A DNA stretch of 64,000 nucleotides, taken from assembly GCA_963797555.1 (NCBI GenBank), contig CAWCPV010000003.1, positions 96,001 to 160,000 on the forward strand. Direction: 5' to 3'. Position numbers and translations under genes: made by a program. The DNA comes from an uncultured Gammaproteobacteria bacterium (lineage in GTDB: Bacteria; Pseudomonadota; Gammaproteobacteria; CAWCPV01). Each line of letters begins with the position of its first letter. Position 1 is the first letter of the stretch. The notes beneath the pieces are model-generated. The model searched no databases. It saw only the letters and a program-made list of their open reading frames with translations, and had not been told where the DNA came from. This document shows, piece by piece, positions 23,461 to 34,206 of this stretch.

Positions 23461-26400
23461 ATGGTCCGGCGTGCAGCATGGCACCTCGCGACGGTAGTCT
23501 CGCTGCTAGTCGTTCCTTGGGCAGCCTTGGCCCAGGTTCACCACGCCATCCACACCCGACTGCAGCCCGACCTGCACCGCATCGAGGTGATGGACACCAT
23601 CACCCTTCCGGGTGTGCCGGCAGGCCCTGTCGAGTTTGGCCTGCACGGGGGGCTGGTGCCGGAGATCCAGGACGCTGGCGCGAGACTCCGCCGCCTCGAC
23701 GGTCAGGAAACGGGGCCGGCAGCCCAACATCGGGCAGTGCCGCTGGCCCGCTATGCCGTGGACCTGCCTGCCGGTGCTCGCCGCTTTACGGTGCGTTACG
23801 CAGGCGAGATTCTCCATCCCGTCGAGGGGCAGGGAGAAGAATACGCACGCAGCTTCAGCGCGTCGCCAGGTCTGATCGAACCCGAAGGAGTGTTCCTGGC
23901 GGGCTCTAGCTACTGGTACCCCCGCCTCGGTGAGACCATGGTCACCTTCACGCTGGAGGCAGACCTGCCTGCCGGCTGGCGCTCCGTGAGCCAAGGCGAG
24001 CGCACCCGCCACACCGAGGAGAGCCACCGTACCCAGGAGACTTGGACCATCGACAAGCCCCAGCAGGAGGTGTACCTGGTGGCGGCGCCTTTCACCGAGT
24101 ACGATGCGCCCCCCGCAGCGGCCAAGGCCATGGTGTTCCTGCGCAAGCCGGATGCGCCGCTGGCGCGCAAGTATCTGGACGCCACCCCTCGCTACCTCGA
24201 GATGTATAGCCGGCTCATCGGCCCGTACGCGTACAGCAAGTTCGCGTTGGTCGAGAACTTTTGGGAGACGGGCTACGGCATGCCGTCCTTCACCCTGCTG
24301 GGGCCAACGGTCATCCGCTTCCCGTTCATCCTGGAGTCCTCCTATCCCCACGAGATCCTGCACAACTGGTGGGGCAACGGGGTGTACGTCGACTACGCGG
24401 GCGGCAACTGGTCGGAGGGGCTGACCGCCTACCTGGCGGACCACCTCCTCAAGGAGCAACAGGGTCAGGGCGTGGAGTACCGGCGCGCGACCCTGCAGAA
24501 ATACACCGACTACGTGCGCGGGAAGCAGGACTTTCCGCTGACCGAGTTCCGCTCCCGGCACAGCGCAGCGACGGAAGCGGTGGGCTACGGCAAGGCATTG
24601 ATGCTGTTCCACATGCTCCGCCGCCAGTTGGGCGACGCGACCTTCGTGGAGGGGCTGCGGCGCTTCTACCGCGACTATCTGTTCCGGGTGGCGAGCTTCA
24701 AGGACTTGGCTGCGGCCTTCAGCGCCGTCGCCGGCCGCTCCCTGGACACGTTCTTTGACCAGTGGGTGAAGCGCGCTGGGGCCCCTGCCCTGCGGGTCAG
24801 CGACGCCCGCGCCCGGCCGGAAGGCGACGGTTTCCTGCTGTCCGCGGTCATCGAGCAGGTGCAGGCCGACGCCCCCTACCGGCTGAGCGTGCCGCTGGCC
24901 GTGTCCCTGGAGGGTCAGGACACGGCCTACCAGACCCGCGTCGAGGTGGACGGGCGGCGCGTTTCAGTGACGCTGCACCTCAAGGCGCGGCCTGTGCGCC
25001 TGGACGTCGACCCGGAGATCGACGTGTTCCGGCGCCTGGATCGCAGCGAGATCCCGCCCTCGCTGGGTCAGGCTTTCGGGGCGGACAAGGCCCTCCTCGT
25101 CCTGCCGGCAGGCGCCCCGCCGGCGCTGCGCGACGCCTATCAGGCGCTCGCCCGCTCTTGGATAGGTCAACGTCCATCGGACATGCAGGTGCGCTTCGAT
25201 GATCAGTTCACCGAGCTGCCGGGCGACCGCGCCGTCTGGCTCTTCGGCTGGGAAAACCGTTTCCGGCCATTGCTGGCGAAGGCCCTGGCCGGTTATGCCT
25301 TCAAGGACGAGGGCGAAGCGGTGCGCATCGGGGGGCAGGAGCTGAAGCGCTCCGAGGAAGCTGCGGTGGCGGTCGCCCGCCGTCCCATGCATCCCGACCA
25401 CGCGCTCGCCTGGGTCGCCGCAGCCGACCCGGCTACCCTGCCCGGTCTGGGCCGCAAGCTCCCCCACTACGGCAAATACAGTTACCTGGGCTTCACGGGC
25501 AGCGAGCCCACCAACGTCCTCAAGGGCCAGTGGCCCGTGCTGGACTCGCCCCTGTCGGTGGCGGTCACCCAAGCCGACGGCAAGGCCGTGCTCCCTACCG
25601 TAGGCCGGCTGGCGCCCCGCAAGCCGCTTGCCGAGATCCCGCCGCCCTTCTCTGCCGAACGCATGCTGCGAGACATCGCCTACCTGGCGGCTCCGGAGAT
25701 GGCCGGACGCGGCCTCGGCAGCCCGGAACTCGACCGCGCCGCCGATTACATCGCCGGGGAGATGCGCAGCGCCGGGCTGCAGCCCGGCGGCGACCGCGCC
25801 GGAGACTGGTTCCAGACCTGGACCGCACAGGTCGGCGGGCTGCCCCGGCCGCTGAGGCTCCGCAACGTGGTCGGAGTGATTCCCGGCACCCGCCCGGATT
25901 GGGCCGGCCAGAGCGTAATCGTAGGCGCCCACTACGACCACCTGGGGCGCGGCTGGCCCGACGTACACCACGGTGACGAAGGCAAGGTGCACCCCGGCGC
26001 CGACGACAACGCCAGCGGCGTCTCCGTGCTGCTGGAGCTGGCGCGCCTGCTCGGGCGCGACTGGCACCCGGAACGCAGCGTGGTGTTCGTGGCCTTCACG
26101 GGCGAGGAAGCAGGCAAGCTCGGCTCCCGCCACTACACCCAGCACGCCTTGGATTACCCCGCCGGCAAGGCCATCGCCATGCTCAACTTGGACGCCGTCG
26201 GCCGGCTCGGAGACCGGGAGCTTCTGATACTTGGCAGCGGCTCCGCCCGGGAGTGGGTGCACATCTTCCGCGGCGCCGGCATGGTCACCGGCGTTCCCGT
26301 CAAGCCGGTGGAACAGGATATCGGCTCCGGCGATCAGACCAGTTTCCTCGATGCCGGCATCCCGGCCGTGCAGCTCTCCAGCGGGCCGCACCCGGATTAC

Positions 26401-26829
26401 CACCGTCCCACCGACACCGTCGACAAGATCGACGCCTCCGGCCTCGGCAAGACCGCGGCGGTGCTCAAAGAGGCGCTGGAGTACCTGGCCGCCCGGCCCG
26501 AGCCCCTGAGCGCCACGGTGGGGACCCGGCAGGCCGTCCCCGAAGGTGGCGGTCCGCCGCAGATTCGGCGCGTCCTGCTCGGCACCGTGCCCGACTTCGG
26601 CTACAGTGGGCCGGGCGTACGGCTTTCCGGCGTGACCGCCGACTCCCCTGCCGCGCAGGCCGGGCTCAGGGAAGGGGACGTTGTCGTCGCGATCAACGAT
26701 CGCGCTATTCCGTCTCTGCCTCAGTTTGCCGAGGTGCTGCGCGGCTTGCGTCCGGGGGACCAGGTGACCGTCCGTTTCCTGCGGGCGGGCGTCGAGCGCT
26801 CCGCGGCGACGCGGGTAGTCGCTCGTTAG
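23461..26829 (+). CDS. Secreted M1 aminopeptidase-like + M28 peptidase + PDZ fusion
   Basis: Signal peptide. HEILHNWWG..WSEGL and YGK (M1). GAHYDHLG, GADDNASG, GEEAG, DYH (M28). C-terminal PDZ SPAAQAGLREGD. Confidence 0.88.
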   Translation: MVRRAAWHLATVVSLLVVPWAALAQVHHAIHTRLQPDLHRIEVMDTITLPGVPAGPVEFGLHGGLVPEIQDAGARLRRLDGQETGPAAQHRAVPLARYAVDLPAGARRFTVRYAGEILHPVEGQGEEYARSFSASPGLIEPEGVFLAGSSYWYPRLGETMVTFTLEADLPAGWRSVSQGERTRHTEESHRTQETWTIDKPQQEVYLVAAPFTEYDAPPAAAKAMVFLRKPDAPLARKYLDATPRYLEMYSRLIGPYAYSKFALVENFWETGYGMPSFTLLGPTVIRFPFILESSYPHEILHNWWGNGVYVDYAGGNWSEGLTAYLADHLLKEQQGQGVEYRRATLQKYTDYVRGKQDFPLTEFRSRHSAATEAVGYGKALMLFHMLRRQLGDATFVEGLRRFYRDYLFRVASFKDLAAAFSAVAGRSLDTFFDQWVKRAGAPALRVSDARARPEGDGFLLSAVIEQVQADAPYRLSVPLAVSLEGQDTAYQTRVEVDGRRVSVTLHLKARPVRLDVDPEIDVFRRLDRSEIPPSLGQAFGADKALLVLPAGAPPALRDAYQALARSWIGQRPSDMQVRFDDQFTELPGDRAVWLFGWENRFRPLLAKALAGYAFKDEGEAVRIGGQELKRSEEAAVAVARRPMHPDHALAWVAAADPATLPGLGRKLPHYGKYSYLGFTGSEPTNVLKGQWPVLDSPLSVAVTQADGKAVLPTVGRLAPRKPLAEIPPPFSAERMLRDIAYLAAPEMAGRGLGSPELDRAADYIAGEMRSAGLQPGGDRAGDWFQTWTAQVGGLPRPLRLRNVVGVIPGTRPDWAGQSVIVGAHYDHLGRGWPDVHHGDEGKVHPGADDNASGVSVLLELARLLGRDWHPERSVVFVAFTGEEAGKLGSRHYTQHALDYPAGKAIAMLNLDAVGRLGDRELLILGSGSAREWVHIFRGAGMVTGVPVKPVEQDIGSGDQTSFLDAGIPAVQLSSGPHPDYHRPTDTVDKIDASGLGKTAAVLKEALEYLAARPEPLSATVGTRQAVPEGGGPPQIRRVLLGTVPDFGYSGPGVRLSGVTADSPAAQAGLREGDVVVAINDRAIPSLPQFAEVLRGLRPGDQVTVRFLRAGVERSAATRVVAR

Positions 26830-26847
26830 CCAAAGAAGAGGAATCCC

Positions 26848-27930
26848 ATGCGCAAGACCACGACGCTATCGCTTCTGGCGGCCCCGGTGCTGTTCGTCGG
26901 CAGTACGGCAGTGTACAACGTCCGTGCCCAGCCCGGCGTGCCGGCCGAGCCCGCAGCCGGCGAGTTGTCCTACCCGGGCGAGAAGCACCTCGCCAACCTG
27001 CGCCAGCTCACCTTCGGCGGCGATAACGCCGAGGCCTACTTCTCTTCTGACGGCCGCGAGCTGATCTTCCAGTCCACCCGGGGCGGCCTGGAGTGCGACG
27101 CCATCTTCCGCATGAACGCGGACGGCTCCAACGTGCGCAGGGTCTCCTCGGGCAAGGGCCGAACCACCTGCTCGTTCATCGCCCCGGACAACAAGTCCAT
27201 CATCTATGCCTCGACGCATCTGGCCGGCGACGCGTGCCCGCCCAAGCCGGACTATTCCCACGGTTACGTCTGGCCGATCTACAAGAGCTACGACATCTTC
27301 CGCGCCGACCCCGAAGGAGGCCACTTGGTGCACCTTACCGACACCGACGGCTACGACGCGGAGGGGGTCTATTCACCGCGCGGAGACAAGATCCTGTTCA
27401 CTTCGGTGCGCACCGGCGATCTCGAGCTGTTCATGATGAATCCCGACGGCAGCGCCGTGGAACAGCTCACTCATGAGCCGGGCTACGACGGCGGCGCCTT
27501 CTTCTCCCGCGATGGTCAGTGGATCGTGTGGCGCGCGTCGCGCCCCACCGGCAAGGAACTCGAGGAGTACCGGAACCTGCTGACCCAAGGTTTGGTCCGG
27601 CCTCACAGCCTCGAAATCTACATCATGAGCCTCAAGGAGCGAAAACCGATCCAGGTCACCCACAACGGCGCAGCCAACTTCGCTCCCTACTGGCACCCGG
27701 ACGGCCGGCACGTCATTTTCGCCTCGAACATGGCCGATCCCAAGGGGCGTGACTTCGACCTCTACATGATCGATATCCTCACCCGCAACCTGGAGCGCAT
27801 CACGTACTACCCCGGCTTCGACGGCTTTCCGATGTTCTCCTACGACGGCAGCAAGCTGGTTTTCGCCTCCAACCGCAACGGCAAGGTCAAGGGGGAGACC
27901 AACATCTTCATCGCGGATTGGCGGTGGTGA
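26848..27930 (+). CDS. TolB-like PD40 beta-propeller protein
   Basis: Repeated FSSDG, YSPRG, FSRDG, WHPDG and FSYDG blades. Signal-like N-terminus. Confidence 0.85.
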   Translation: MRKTTTLSLLAAPVLFVGSTAVYNVRAQPGVPAEPAAGELSYPGEKHLANLRQLTFGGDNAEAYFSSDGRELIFQSTRGGLECDAIFRMNADGSNVRRVSSGKGRTTCSFIAPDNKSIIYASTHLAGDACPPKPDYSHGYVWPIYKSYDIFRADPEGGHLVHLTDTDGYDAEGVYSPRGDKILFTSVRTGDLELFMMNPDGSAVEQLTHEPGYDGGAFFSRDGQWIVWRASRPTGKELEEYRNLLTQGLVRPHSLEIYIMSLKERKPIQVTHNGAANFAPYWHPDGRHVIFASNMADPKGRDFDLYMIDILTRNLERITYYPGFDGFPMFSYDGSKLVFASNRNGKVKGETNIFIADWRW

Positions 27931-28145
27931 GATCTCCGTCGAGCAGCGCCCCGAGATCTGGCGCCCGCCGTTTGGTCCTCGAGGCGGGCCTTGCGCGCGG
28001 TGCCGGGGGCGCGGGAGAATGCGCTGCGTGTCGCGCGCGGGGTCAGGCGGCGGGAGACTGCCGGGAGCGCCGAGCCGCCGCTATTCACTCGCCAAGGCCG
28101 CCGCTGCCCCGCGAGACTGGTCCCGCACTCCCATACGGCACCGGT

Positions 28146-28580
28146 CTACCGGCTCGGGAACACTCCCCGCTTCACCAGGATCAGCTCGTTGCCGCCCCCA
28201 TCCGCGCTACGGTGCCTCATCTCGTCCACGACCTGCTTGATCAGATACACACCCAGCCCCCCTAATGGCGCCGTTCCAGGAGGACAATTCAGGCCCACGT
28301 CCGGGGCAGGAAGTGCGGTCGGATCGAAAATTGGGGCCTTGTCACGCAGGCGGACGAACAAATCTCGGCCCTGACGGCCGACTTCCAGCTCTACATATCC
28401 CCCCGTCCCACCGTACCCGTGGATGCTGACGTTGCTGACCACTTCGTCCACCGCAAGCTGAAGGTCCGAGGTGGTCGAGGGGCTTGCCCTCAGCGACTTC
28501 GCCGCTTCCCCGACGAATCGCCGAATCTCCGACAGATTGTCCAGGCTTGCGGTGGTCGAAAGGAAATGTGTCGCGCTCAT
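28146..28580 (-). CDS. Anti-sigma factor / RsbW-like Ser kinase (HATPase)
   Basis: LAVDEVVSNVSIHGY, RDKAPIFDP, GGLGVYLI, GGNEL. Confidence 0.88.
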   Translation of the reverse strand: MSATHFLSTTASLDNLSEIRRFVGEAAKSLRASPSTTSDLQLAVDEVVSNVSIHGYGGTGGYVELEVGRQGRDLFVRLRDKAPIFDPTALPAPDVGLNCPPGTAPLGGLGVYLIKQVVDEMRHRSADGGGNELILVKRGVFPSR

Positions 28581-28600
28581 TCCGGATGCGGTTCCGGCAC

Positions 28601-29047
28601 TCAGAACGACGTGACCGCTCCGTCGAGATCGTCGTAGATTTGAAAGTATCTATCGAATCCAAGGGCTTTCAGCACCTTGCTGGCGTCCGGCGACGGTTTG
28701 AACAGTTTGAGATGAGCCGGTCTGCCCCATATTTCCGACTCTCCGGCCTTCAGCTTCTTCGCAATCTCTTCGGACTGCTTGATGAACTCCCCATACAGGC
28801 CGCCCTCGGCTTCTCCTACCTCCAGCTTGCAGGCAATGGCGTGCATGGCACGAACTCCCGCGCTGCCGAGATAAGTCACGCCGCTGAGATCGAGAACCAG
28901 GTTCTTAGCACCGCCCGCCATGACCTCGTCGGCCCTAAGTTCCAGGCTCTTCTGCGTTTTGGCGTCGAGTTCACCCGCCAGATGAAGAACCGTGACGGGG
29001 ACGTTTCCCTTCTTTTCCGAGAGAGATATATCGAGCTTAGAAACCAT
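28601..29047 (-). CDS. STAS anti-anti-sigma factor
   Basis: LAGELDA, VLDLSGVTYLGSAG (phosphorylatable Ser), LGFDRYFQIY. Confidence 0.85.
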   Translation of the reverse strand: MVSKLDISLSEKKGNVPVTVLHLAGELDAKTQKSLELRADEVMAGGAKNLVLDLSGVTYLGSAGVRAMHAIACKLEVGEAEGGLYGEFIKQSEEIAKKLKAGESEIWGRPAHLKLFKPSPDASKVLKALGFDRYFQIYDDLDGAVTSF

Positions 29048-29185
29048 TTGCCTCCTCCTCTTGCGTTTCTCGCTGCAAGCCGCGGGATTGCTTTCCACCC
29101 CACGGAGACGCGCCCCACTCGTGCCACCTTGTTTACTGGCAAATACGCCTCCAATCACCGTCCGCCCTTTCCGTCCTGTGTCGCA

Positions 29186-30460
29186 TCAAGCGGTGCGCTG
29201 GATCGCCAACATCGTTATATCGTCGGATTGGCTGGCCCCCGCCGTGAAGGTACGGAGGTCCGAGACGATATCCTCGAGCAACGCCGATACCGGCCGGCTC
29301 GACCGGCCCACACGCGAAAGTAACCTCGATTCCGAATACTGCTTACCATCTTCATCGATGGCTTCCGTGACTCCATCGGTGAACGCCAGCAGCGTGTCAA
29401 ACGGTTCTAGTTGCGCCTCTGCGACCTCGAAGCGCGCTCCCGGGAAGATTCCGACGGCTGGGCCGGTGGCGTCGAGCCTCGTCATAGTTCCTCTCCGCCC
29501 GAAAATGACCGGCGCCTCATGACCACCGTTGATATACAGCAAGGAGCCGCTATCGGCGCCGAGCAGCCCAAAGAAGAGGGACGCGAACATGCTGGTTCCG
29601 GCGTGCGTGCAGGAGACGTAATTGTTGGTAAGCGCAACGCTATTCTTCAGGTTTTGCACGGCGCCGAGGCGGGGATCATTTACACTAGAGCGACGTTCCG
29701 GCACTCGAGTTTCCGCTGCTGCCTGCGCCACGAAGTCACCGGAAAGCGATGTGGCGCGGAGCAGGCTTCGGAATAGCGTCATGAACAGCGCAGCCCCGAC
29801 ACCTTTGTCACAGACGTCGCCGATCACCAAACCCACCCGATGGATCGAGGAGACCCAAAACACATCATAGAAGTCCCCTGCCACCTCGTGCGCAGCTCGA
29901 AAATAGGCACCGAGTTCCCAACCCGGCAACTTCGGGAATTGCTTGGGCAAAAATTCGGTTTGGATCTGGCGCCCGATTTCCAATTCATGCTCCAATGCCC
30001 GGACTTGCCAGGAGCGCTCCGTGACATCGTTTATGATGTTTCTTTCCCTCTGAGCCAGTACGCGCAGGAGGCCGCTGGCGGCCTCGGGTTGAGTCGACAA
30101 CACATCCCGCAGCGATTGCTGTGTGATCTCGATTAGCGTCGTATCCACTTCCGCCGTTATCGACGCACTACGGACCTCGCCGGTGAGTGCTGCCATCTCC
30201 CCGAACACGTCACCTTTGCTGAGGTGTTTCAGCACCAAGTCATCGTCGTGCACCCGCACGAGTCCGTCCGCGACAATGTACATGGTGGTCCCCGGCTCTC
30301 CTTTGCGGATGACCGCCTCCCCGGCCTTGACCGAGATCGTCCGGACCACCTCCCCGAACCGGACAATGACTGCGTCCGGTGCCGCTCTGAGGAACTCGCT
30401 TTGTCTGAGCTGCTCGATGAGATCGTCGGGGCTAAGCATGGACCTGCCACTCGTCACCAA
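29186..30460 (-). CDS. cNMP-binding domain + SpoIIE/PP2C phosphatase
   Basis: GDVFGEMA..RSAS (cNMP). GDFYD, GDVCDKG, NGGH, FTDGVTEA, DDIT (PP2C). Confidence 0.9.
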   Translation of the reverse strand: MVTSGRSMLSPDDLIEQLRQSEFLRAAPDAVIVRFGEVVRTISVKAGEAVIRKGEPGTTMYIVADGLVRVHDDDLVLKHLSKGDVFGEMAALTGEVRSASITAEVDTTLIEITQQSLRDVLSTQPEAASGLLRVLAQRERNIINDVTERSWQVRALEHELEIGRQIQTEFLPKQFPKLPGWELGAYFRAAHEVAGDFYDVFWVSSIHRVGLVIGDVCDKGVGAALFMTLFRSLLRATSLSGDFVAQAAAETRVPERRSSVNDPRLGAVQNLKNSVALTNNYVSCTHAGTSMFASLFFGLLGADSGSLLYINGGHEAPVIFGRRGTMTRLDATGPAVGIFPGARFEVAEAQLEPFDTLLAFTDGVTEAIDEDGKQYSESRLLSRVGRSSRPVSALLEDIVSDLRTFTAGASQSDDITMLAIQRTA

Positions 30461-31003
30461 GGTGAACGCCCCTTGGCTCGTCGATTAGATGAGCTGCACG
30501 CTACCCCGCACTGTATGCTTCTGTTACCTCGATATCAATATCATCAATATCGGTGGGCTCGGAGACTCGTGAAGAACTCATCGCAAGCACCCCAATAGCC
30601 TGGCGCGCGAAAAGTTCGATTGCTTGAGCGGTGCTGGTCGCGAACGTGTGGGACGCCCGCGAGAGATGCATGAGCCCTCGACGGCGCCTGCATCTGCTTC
30701 GGAAACACGCCGCGTCCGCCGTGGAGCCGGCCCGGCGGGGCTGTGGGGAAGGCATCCTGAACCGTGGCACCGAACAGGGCGAAGCCACCGGCCATCGGCC
30801 GTTCAAACGCCCGGCCGGGACGCCCGGTTGTCCTCGGACGGGACTGCTCGGGCATTCCAGACTCCGATATCTGCACCGGACTCGAAGGGATCAGCAACCG
30901 CGGCAGCAAAGGGCTCGAACGCCAGCCCAGCGGCTTCCACGGCCTGGGCTGCCTCCTCCGCCTGAAAGTGCTTGTCCTACACGAAACGACTTACGGGAAG
31001 CCG

Positions 31004-32377
31004 CTACGATACCTGCGCGGGCTCCGGATTCGCGCCAGCCTCCAGATTTTCAGCGACCATCTCCAGCAGACTGTGGACCGTCTTGTCCCAGTGGAAGTGT
31101 TTCTGGCCGTCGTCCAGGGTCAGGCGGCAATTGGAGCAGCTCGTGGCGAATATGTCGGCCCCCGTCTCTTCCACCTGTTCCATCTTGATCTTGAACGCCC
31201 TGTAGCGTAACGGATCGGCCCGATGCTGGGCGACCACGCCGCCCCCGCCTCCACAGCACCAGTTCAGGGTGCCGGACGCCTCCATGTCGCGAACCTCCGC
31301 GCCCATGGCCCGCAGGATCTCACGAGCTTCATTCACCGCCCCGCCACGGCGCGTCACCTGGCAAGGGTCGTGGAAGGTCACGGATTTTGGGTACGGCCTC
31401 AGCTTCAGCCTGCCCTCCTTGATCAACTTGCTCAAGAACTCGGTGATGTGCAACACCTCGAAGGGCAGCGGCTTGCCATAGAAGTTTGCCCCCGCCCAAC
31501 GCAGCGCGGGGTAGGCGTGCCCGCACTCCGGCAGCACCAGGGTCTTGGCACCGACGTGGATCGCGGCATGGATGAGCTTCAGGGAGAACTCCCGCTGCCA
31601 GCCGACCTGCCCGGAGAACAGGCCGAAGTTGGTGGCCTCGTAGCCGTCGCTGCGGAACGTCCAGTTCAAGCCCACGTGCTTGAACACCTTGGCGAGGGCA
31701 ACGATCGACTCGGGATACTTCATGATCTCGATGGACGACACCGTCATCAGCACATCGGCCTTTTCCCTGTCCATAGGGATCTTGATGTCGTGCTCGTCTT
31801 CCAGCCATTCGATACGGTCTCTCAGGACCTCGGGGCTCGCACCCAGCGGGCTGCCCTCGGCATGGGCACGCGCCGTGGGCTCCCACAGCTCGTGGGGCAC
31901 CATCTGAGCGTCTGCCCAGGCATGGCGCGCCAGGCTCACCAGACTCGCGATATCGATGCCCATGGGGCAGATCATGGAGCAGCGCCCACACACGGTGCAG
32001 GAGTCGTATATGAGATCCTGCCAATCCATCAGATCCTGGACACCGAAACGATGGCCCAACGCCTTATGGACCCACCGGAACGGCCCGACCTCACGCCGGT
32101 ACGTGCGGCGCATCAACTCCAGTTTGCGGATAGGCGTGTACTTCGGATTCTTGGTCTGGACGAAGAAATGACACGCCTCGGCGCACTGCCCGCAGTGGAC
32201 GCAGGATTCCAGCCAGAGCGCGGTGTCGCTCCAGGAGTCGCGCACGAAGGCACGGACGGCGCGGCCAATCCGCTCGGCGTCAGACAAGTCGCCCTGCATG
32301 TCGATGCGCTGCTCTGCCTTGACCGCGGTGGCCCGAGTCTCCGAGGCCGCCGACGAGTGCAGTTCTGTCTCGGTCAT
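31004..32377 (-). CDS. (Fe-S)-binding CCG-domain oxidoreductase subunit (HmcF/TmcB/DsrK-like)
   Basis: CVHCGQCAEAC, CTVCGRCSMICP, ECGH, FHDPC, CCGGGGG, CSNC. Confidence 0.85.
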   Translation of the reverse strand: MTETELHSSAASETRATAVKAEQRIDMQGDLSDAERIGRAVRAFVRDSWSDTALWLESCVHCGQCAEACHFFVQTKNPKYTPIRKLELMRRTYRREVGPFRWVHKALGHRFGVQDLMDWQDLIYDSCTVCGRCSMICPMGIDIASLVSLARHAWADAQMVPHELWEPTARAHAEGSPLGASPEVLRDRIEWLEDEHDIKIPMDREKADVLMTVSSIEIMKYPESIVALAKVFKHVGLNWTFRSDGYEATNFGLFSGQVGWQREFSLKLIHAAIHVGAKTLVLPECGHAYPALRWAGANFYGKPLPFEVLHITEFLSKLIKEGRLKLRPYPKSVTFHDPCQVTRRGGAVNEAREILRAMGAEVRDMEASGTLNWCCGGGGGVVAQHRADPLRYRAFKIKMEQVEETGADIFATSCSNCRLTLDDGQKHFHWDKTVHSLLEMVAENLEAGANPEPAQVS

Positions 32378-32931
32378 GCGTGCTCTCCCCTGCGTTCACG
32401 CGAGACAGGCTGCGTGTCTCGCAAACAATGACCGCTTTTCGCCAAAGGCGATCGGTGAGACGTGTGGTAACTGAGGCTGCAAAGTCAGCTTCTACTCTTT
32501 TTGTGCGCTGTACGTCAAGAGGGTATCCTGGCTCGGCGTCGCTGCCCCGCTCGGGCTGCGCTCACGGGGGATCGTGGCCCAGGCGGTCGAGCCTGCCGCC
32601 GGCCAGTCTTGGGTCGCCGCAATGCGGGTCGTCGTCGGCTTCGCTGGGCAGCCCGTTGGCGACCACTGTCGCCTCTTGGCCCAACGGATGCTGGAGAACT
32701 GTGAGGCGGTCGGAGCCGCGCGACCGGCGGCTCGCGGTGACAACCCCGCCGAGCCTTGCCGGCCAAGATCGCCACCGAGACGACCCGGCGCAGTCTGGCT
32801 GCGGTGTTCCCAGTAGCTTGGCATCCGGCTAAACTCTTGGCCTGCCCGCAGAGCGTTTTACGGACACGCGGGATCGCGGCCTCCAAGAGCGGTGATCCAC
32901 CCCGACATTAGAGCCACAATGTGAGGGCCCC

Positions 32932-34206
32932 ATGGCAGAAATCACTCGACAACAACTGATACTCGCCCTGACCGACACCGGAGTGCGACCGCGCTTGGCG
33001 GGCGTCGATCTCAGCGGATTGGACCTGCGGTCACTCAACCTCAGCATGGCCGATCTCAGCGGCGCCAACCTGGCCGAAACAAACCTCAGCGGGGCCAACC
33101 TGAGCGGGGCTGAGCTGAGGAGAGCCAACCTGACCGAGACGGACCTGACCGGTGCGAGCCTGACCAAGGCCAGCCTCAGCAGAGTCGCCTCCGCAAAGGT
33201 CCGATTGAGCATGGCCGACCTCACCGAGGCCGACCTGACCGAGGTCCAGATGGAGGCAGCCAACCTGAGCGGGGCGGTCCTCAAGACAGCGGGTATGGCC
33301 GGAGCTCGTCTGGCGAGGGCCGTCATCACAGGCGCCGATCTGTGCGGGGCAAAGTTGAGCGGAGCGGACCTGCACGAGGCCAATCTGAGCGGGGCCAAGC
33401 TTTGCGGGACCGACCTCAAGAAGGCCACACTGAGCGGGGCCGACCTCAGTGGGGCCAATTTGTGCGGGGCTGATCTCGCCGGGGCCTACATGCTGGGGGC
33501 CAAGCTGAGCGGGGCCAATTTGTGCGGGGCCAACATCAGCGGGACCAACCTGACAGGCGCCAACTTGACCGACGCCAAAGTGTGCGGCAGCAACCTCAGT
33601 GGCGTCTTCCTGAGGGGCGGGGCTGTCCTGACCCGCTCGGACCTGAACCACGCCAACCTCTGCGGGGCAGATCTCAGCGGCGCCAATCTCGGCGCGGCGA
33701 TACTGGCAGCGACCAATCTGAGCGGGGCCAACTTGAGCGGGGCCAACCTGGAGAGAGCCGACCTGGCTTACGCCAATCTGGAAGATGTCAACTTGAGCCG
33801 CGCCAACCTGAACGGGGCCATCATGACCAAGCTCAATCTGAGCAGAACCAGCCTGGTCGGAGCCGACCTGACCCATGCATTGATGTTCGAGGCGTATATG
33901 CCCAACGCCAATCTGAGCGACGCCAACCTCAGTCATGTCAATCTACACGACGCGAATCTGAACGGGGCGGACCTGAGCCGAGCCACGCTGATCCACGCCG
34001 ATCTGACCTCTGCCGATCTCCGTGGGGCCAACCTGAAAGGCGCCCGATTGGCCCATGCCGACATGAACAGAGCCAATCTGAGCGGGGCCGACCTGACCGG
34101 TGCCGACCTGAGCGGGGCCAACCTTCGAGTCCGCTACGACGACGCCACTCGTTGGCCCGAAGGCTTCGCCCCCGGGCCTGAGGCCATTCATGTCAGCCGG
34201 TACTGA
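32932..34206 (+). CDS. Pentapeptide repeat protein
   Basis: Long A(D/N)LxG repeats over about 380 aa. C-terminal YDDATRWPEGF cap. Confidence 0.92.
   Translation: MAEITRQQLILALTDTGVRPRLAGVDLSGLDLRSLNLSMADLSGANLAETNLSGANLSGAELRRANLTETDLTGASLTKASLSRVASAKVRLSMADLTEADLTEVQMEAANLSGAVLKTAGMAGARLARAVITGADLCGAKLSGADLHEANLSGAKLCGTDLKKATLSGADLSGANLCGADLAGAYMLGAKLSGANLCGANISGTNLTGANLTDAKVCGSNLSGVFLRGGAVLTRSDLNHANLCGADLSGANLGAAILAATNLSGANLSGANLERADLAYANLEDVNLSRANLNGAIMTKLNLSRTSLVGADLTHALMFEAYMPNANLSDANLSHVNLHDANLNGADLSRATLIHADLTSADLRGANLKGARLAHADMNRANLSGADLTGADLSGANLRVRYDDATRWPEGFAPGPEAIHVSRY

Noticed and set aside
30880-30965. Minus-strand fragment FQAEEAAQAVEAAGLAFEPF, resembling a glycosyltransferase piece
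   Set aside because: Too short to assign, with no start and no continuation.
32990-34130. 15-bp periodic DNA repeats (GCCAACCTGAGCGGG)
   Set aside because: Fully explained by pentapeptide-repeat coding.
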